Assembly: GCA_051117555.1 (NCBI GenBank)
Contig: JBNPEG010000226.1
Coordinates: 1 to 15,300, forward strand
DNA length: 15,300 nucleotides
Source of the DNA: Elainellaceae cyanobacterium
GTDB lineage: Bacteria > Cyanobacteriota > Cyanobacteriia > CAZCXK01
Direction of reading: 5' to 3'
Positions 15,183-15,300 of this stretch are shown here, piece after piece. The translations under genes were made by a program, and so were the position numbers. Numbering within the stretch: the stretch's first letter is position 1; the number at the start of each line of letters is the position of its first letter. The notes beneath the pieces are model-generated. The model made no database searches, had not been told where the DNA came from, and was given only the letters and a program-made list of their open reading frames with translations.

Positions 15183-15300
15183 TCATATCTTGCACCTGGT
15201 AATTTGAACTTCAATTCCCTGCTGTTGCAACAAGGAACGTTTTCGTTCGATATCGGCTAACAACAGTGTCACTAAAACATCTGCCAAAGCGGCTTCTAGC
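15183..15300 (-). CDS. Possible C-terminus of a hypothetical protein entering from the right edge
   Basis: Stop-free frame LEAALADVLVTLLLADIERKRSLLQQQGIEVQITRCKI* with helical, protein-like composition; family not recognised. Confidence 0.45.
   Translation of the reverse strand, partial: LEAALADVLVTLLLADIERKRSLLQQQGIEVQITRCKI

Noticed and set aside
14990..15300. Known riboswitch or retron msr-msd
   Set aside because: I could not match conserved cores of the glutamine, cobalamin, c-di-GMP or c-di-AMP riboswitches, and no reverse transcriptase lies in the window.

Overview
Cyanobacterial chromosomal DNA, judged from about two dozen HIP1 octamers (GCGATCGC, hand count) and the gene content. 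In order, the window holds: the 3' end of a probable ISKra4-family insertion sequence abutting a 115-bp tandem array of REP-doublet-like units; a SAM methyltransferase, a YbjN-type protein and a lipoate-ligase-family gene; an unannotated cydB 3' remnant; a secreted PPC-domain protein; a partial phylloquinone/menaquinone cluster (DHNA-CoA thioesterase, menE, menC); a Mesh1-like HD hydrolase coupled to a CIA30 protein with a degenerate Rossmann fold; the RHH/CxxC protein-ycf46-ycf35 operon; a Crp-family regulator; a pentapeptide-repeat protein; a stand-alone ABC ATPase; and about 1 kb of mostly non-coding DNA. The most interesting signals are non-coding: two 92-bp TA-flanked MITE copies in inverted orientation 10.5 kb apart (one ends on a start codon), a perfect HLR1/RpaB box plus a palindromic operator over the -35 of the ycf46 operon, an orphan terminator with an anti-Shine-Dalgarno tract (candidate sRNA), and a 112-bp element with perfect 16-bp terminal inverted repeats. 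No CRISPR array, rRNA or tRNA was seen. All family assignments come from motif recognition by eye, not database searches.
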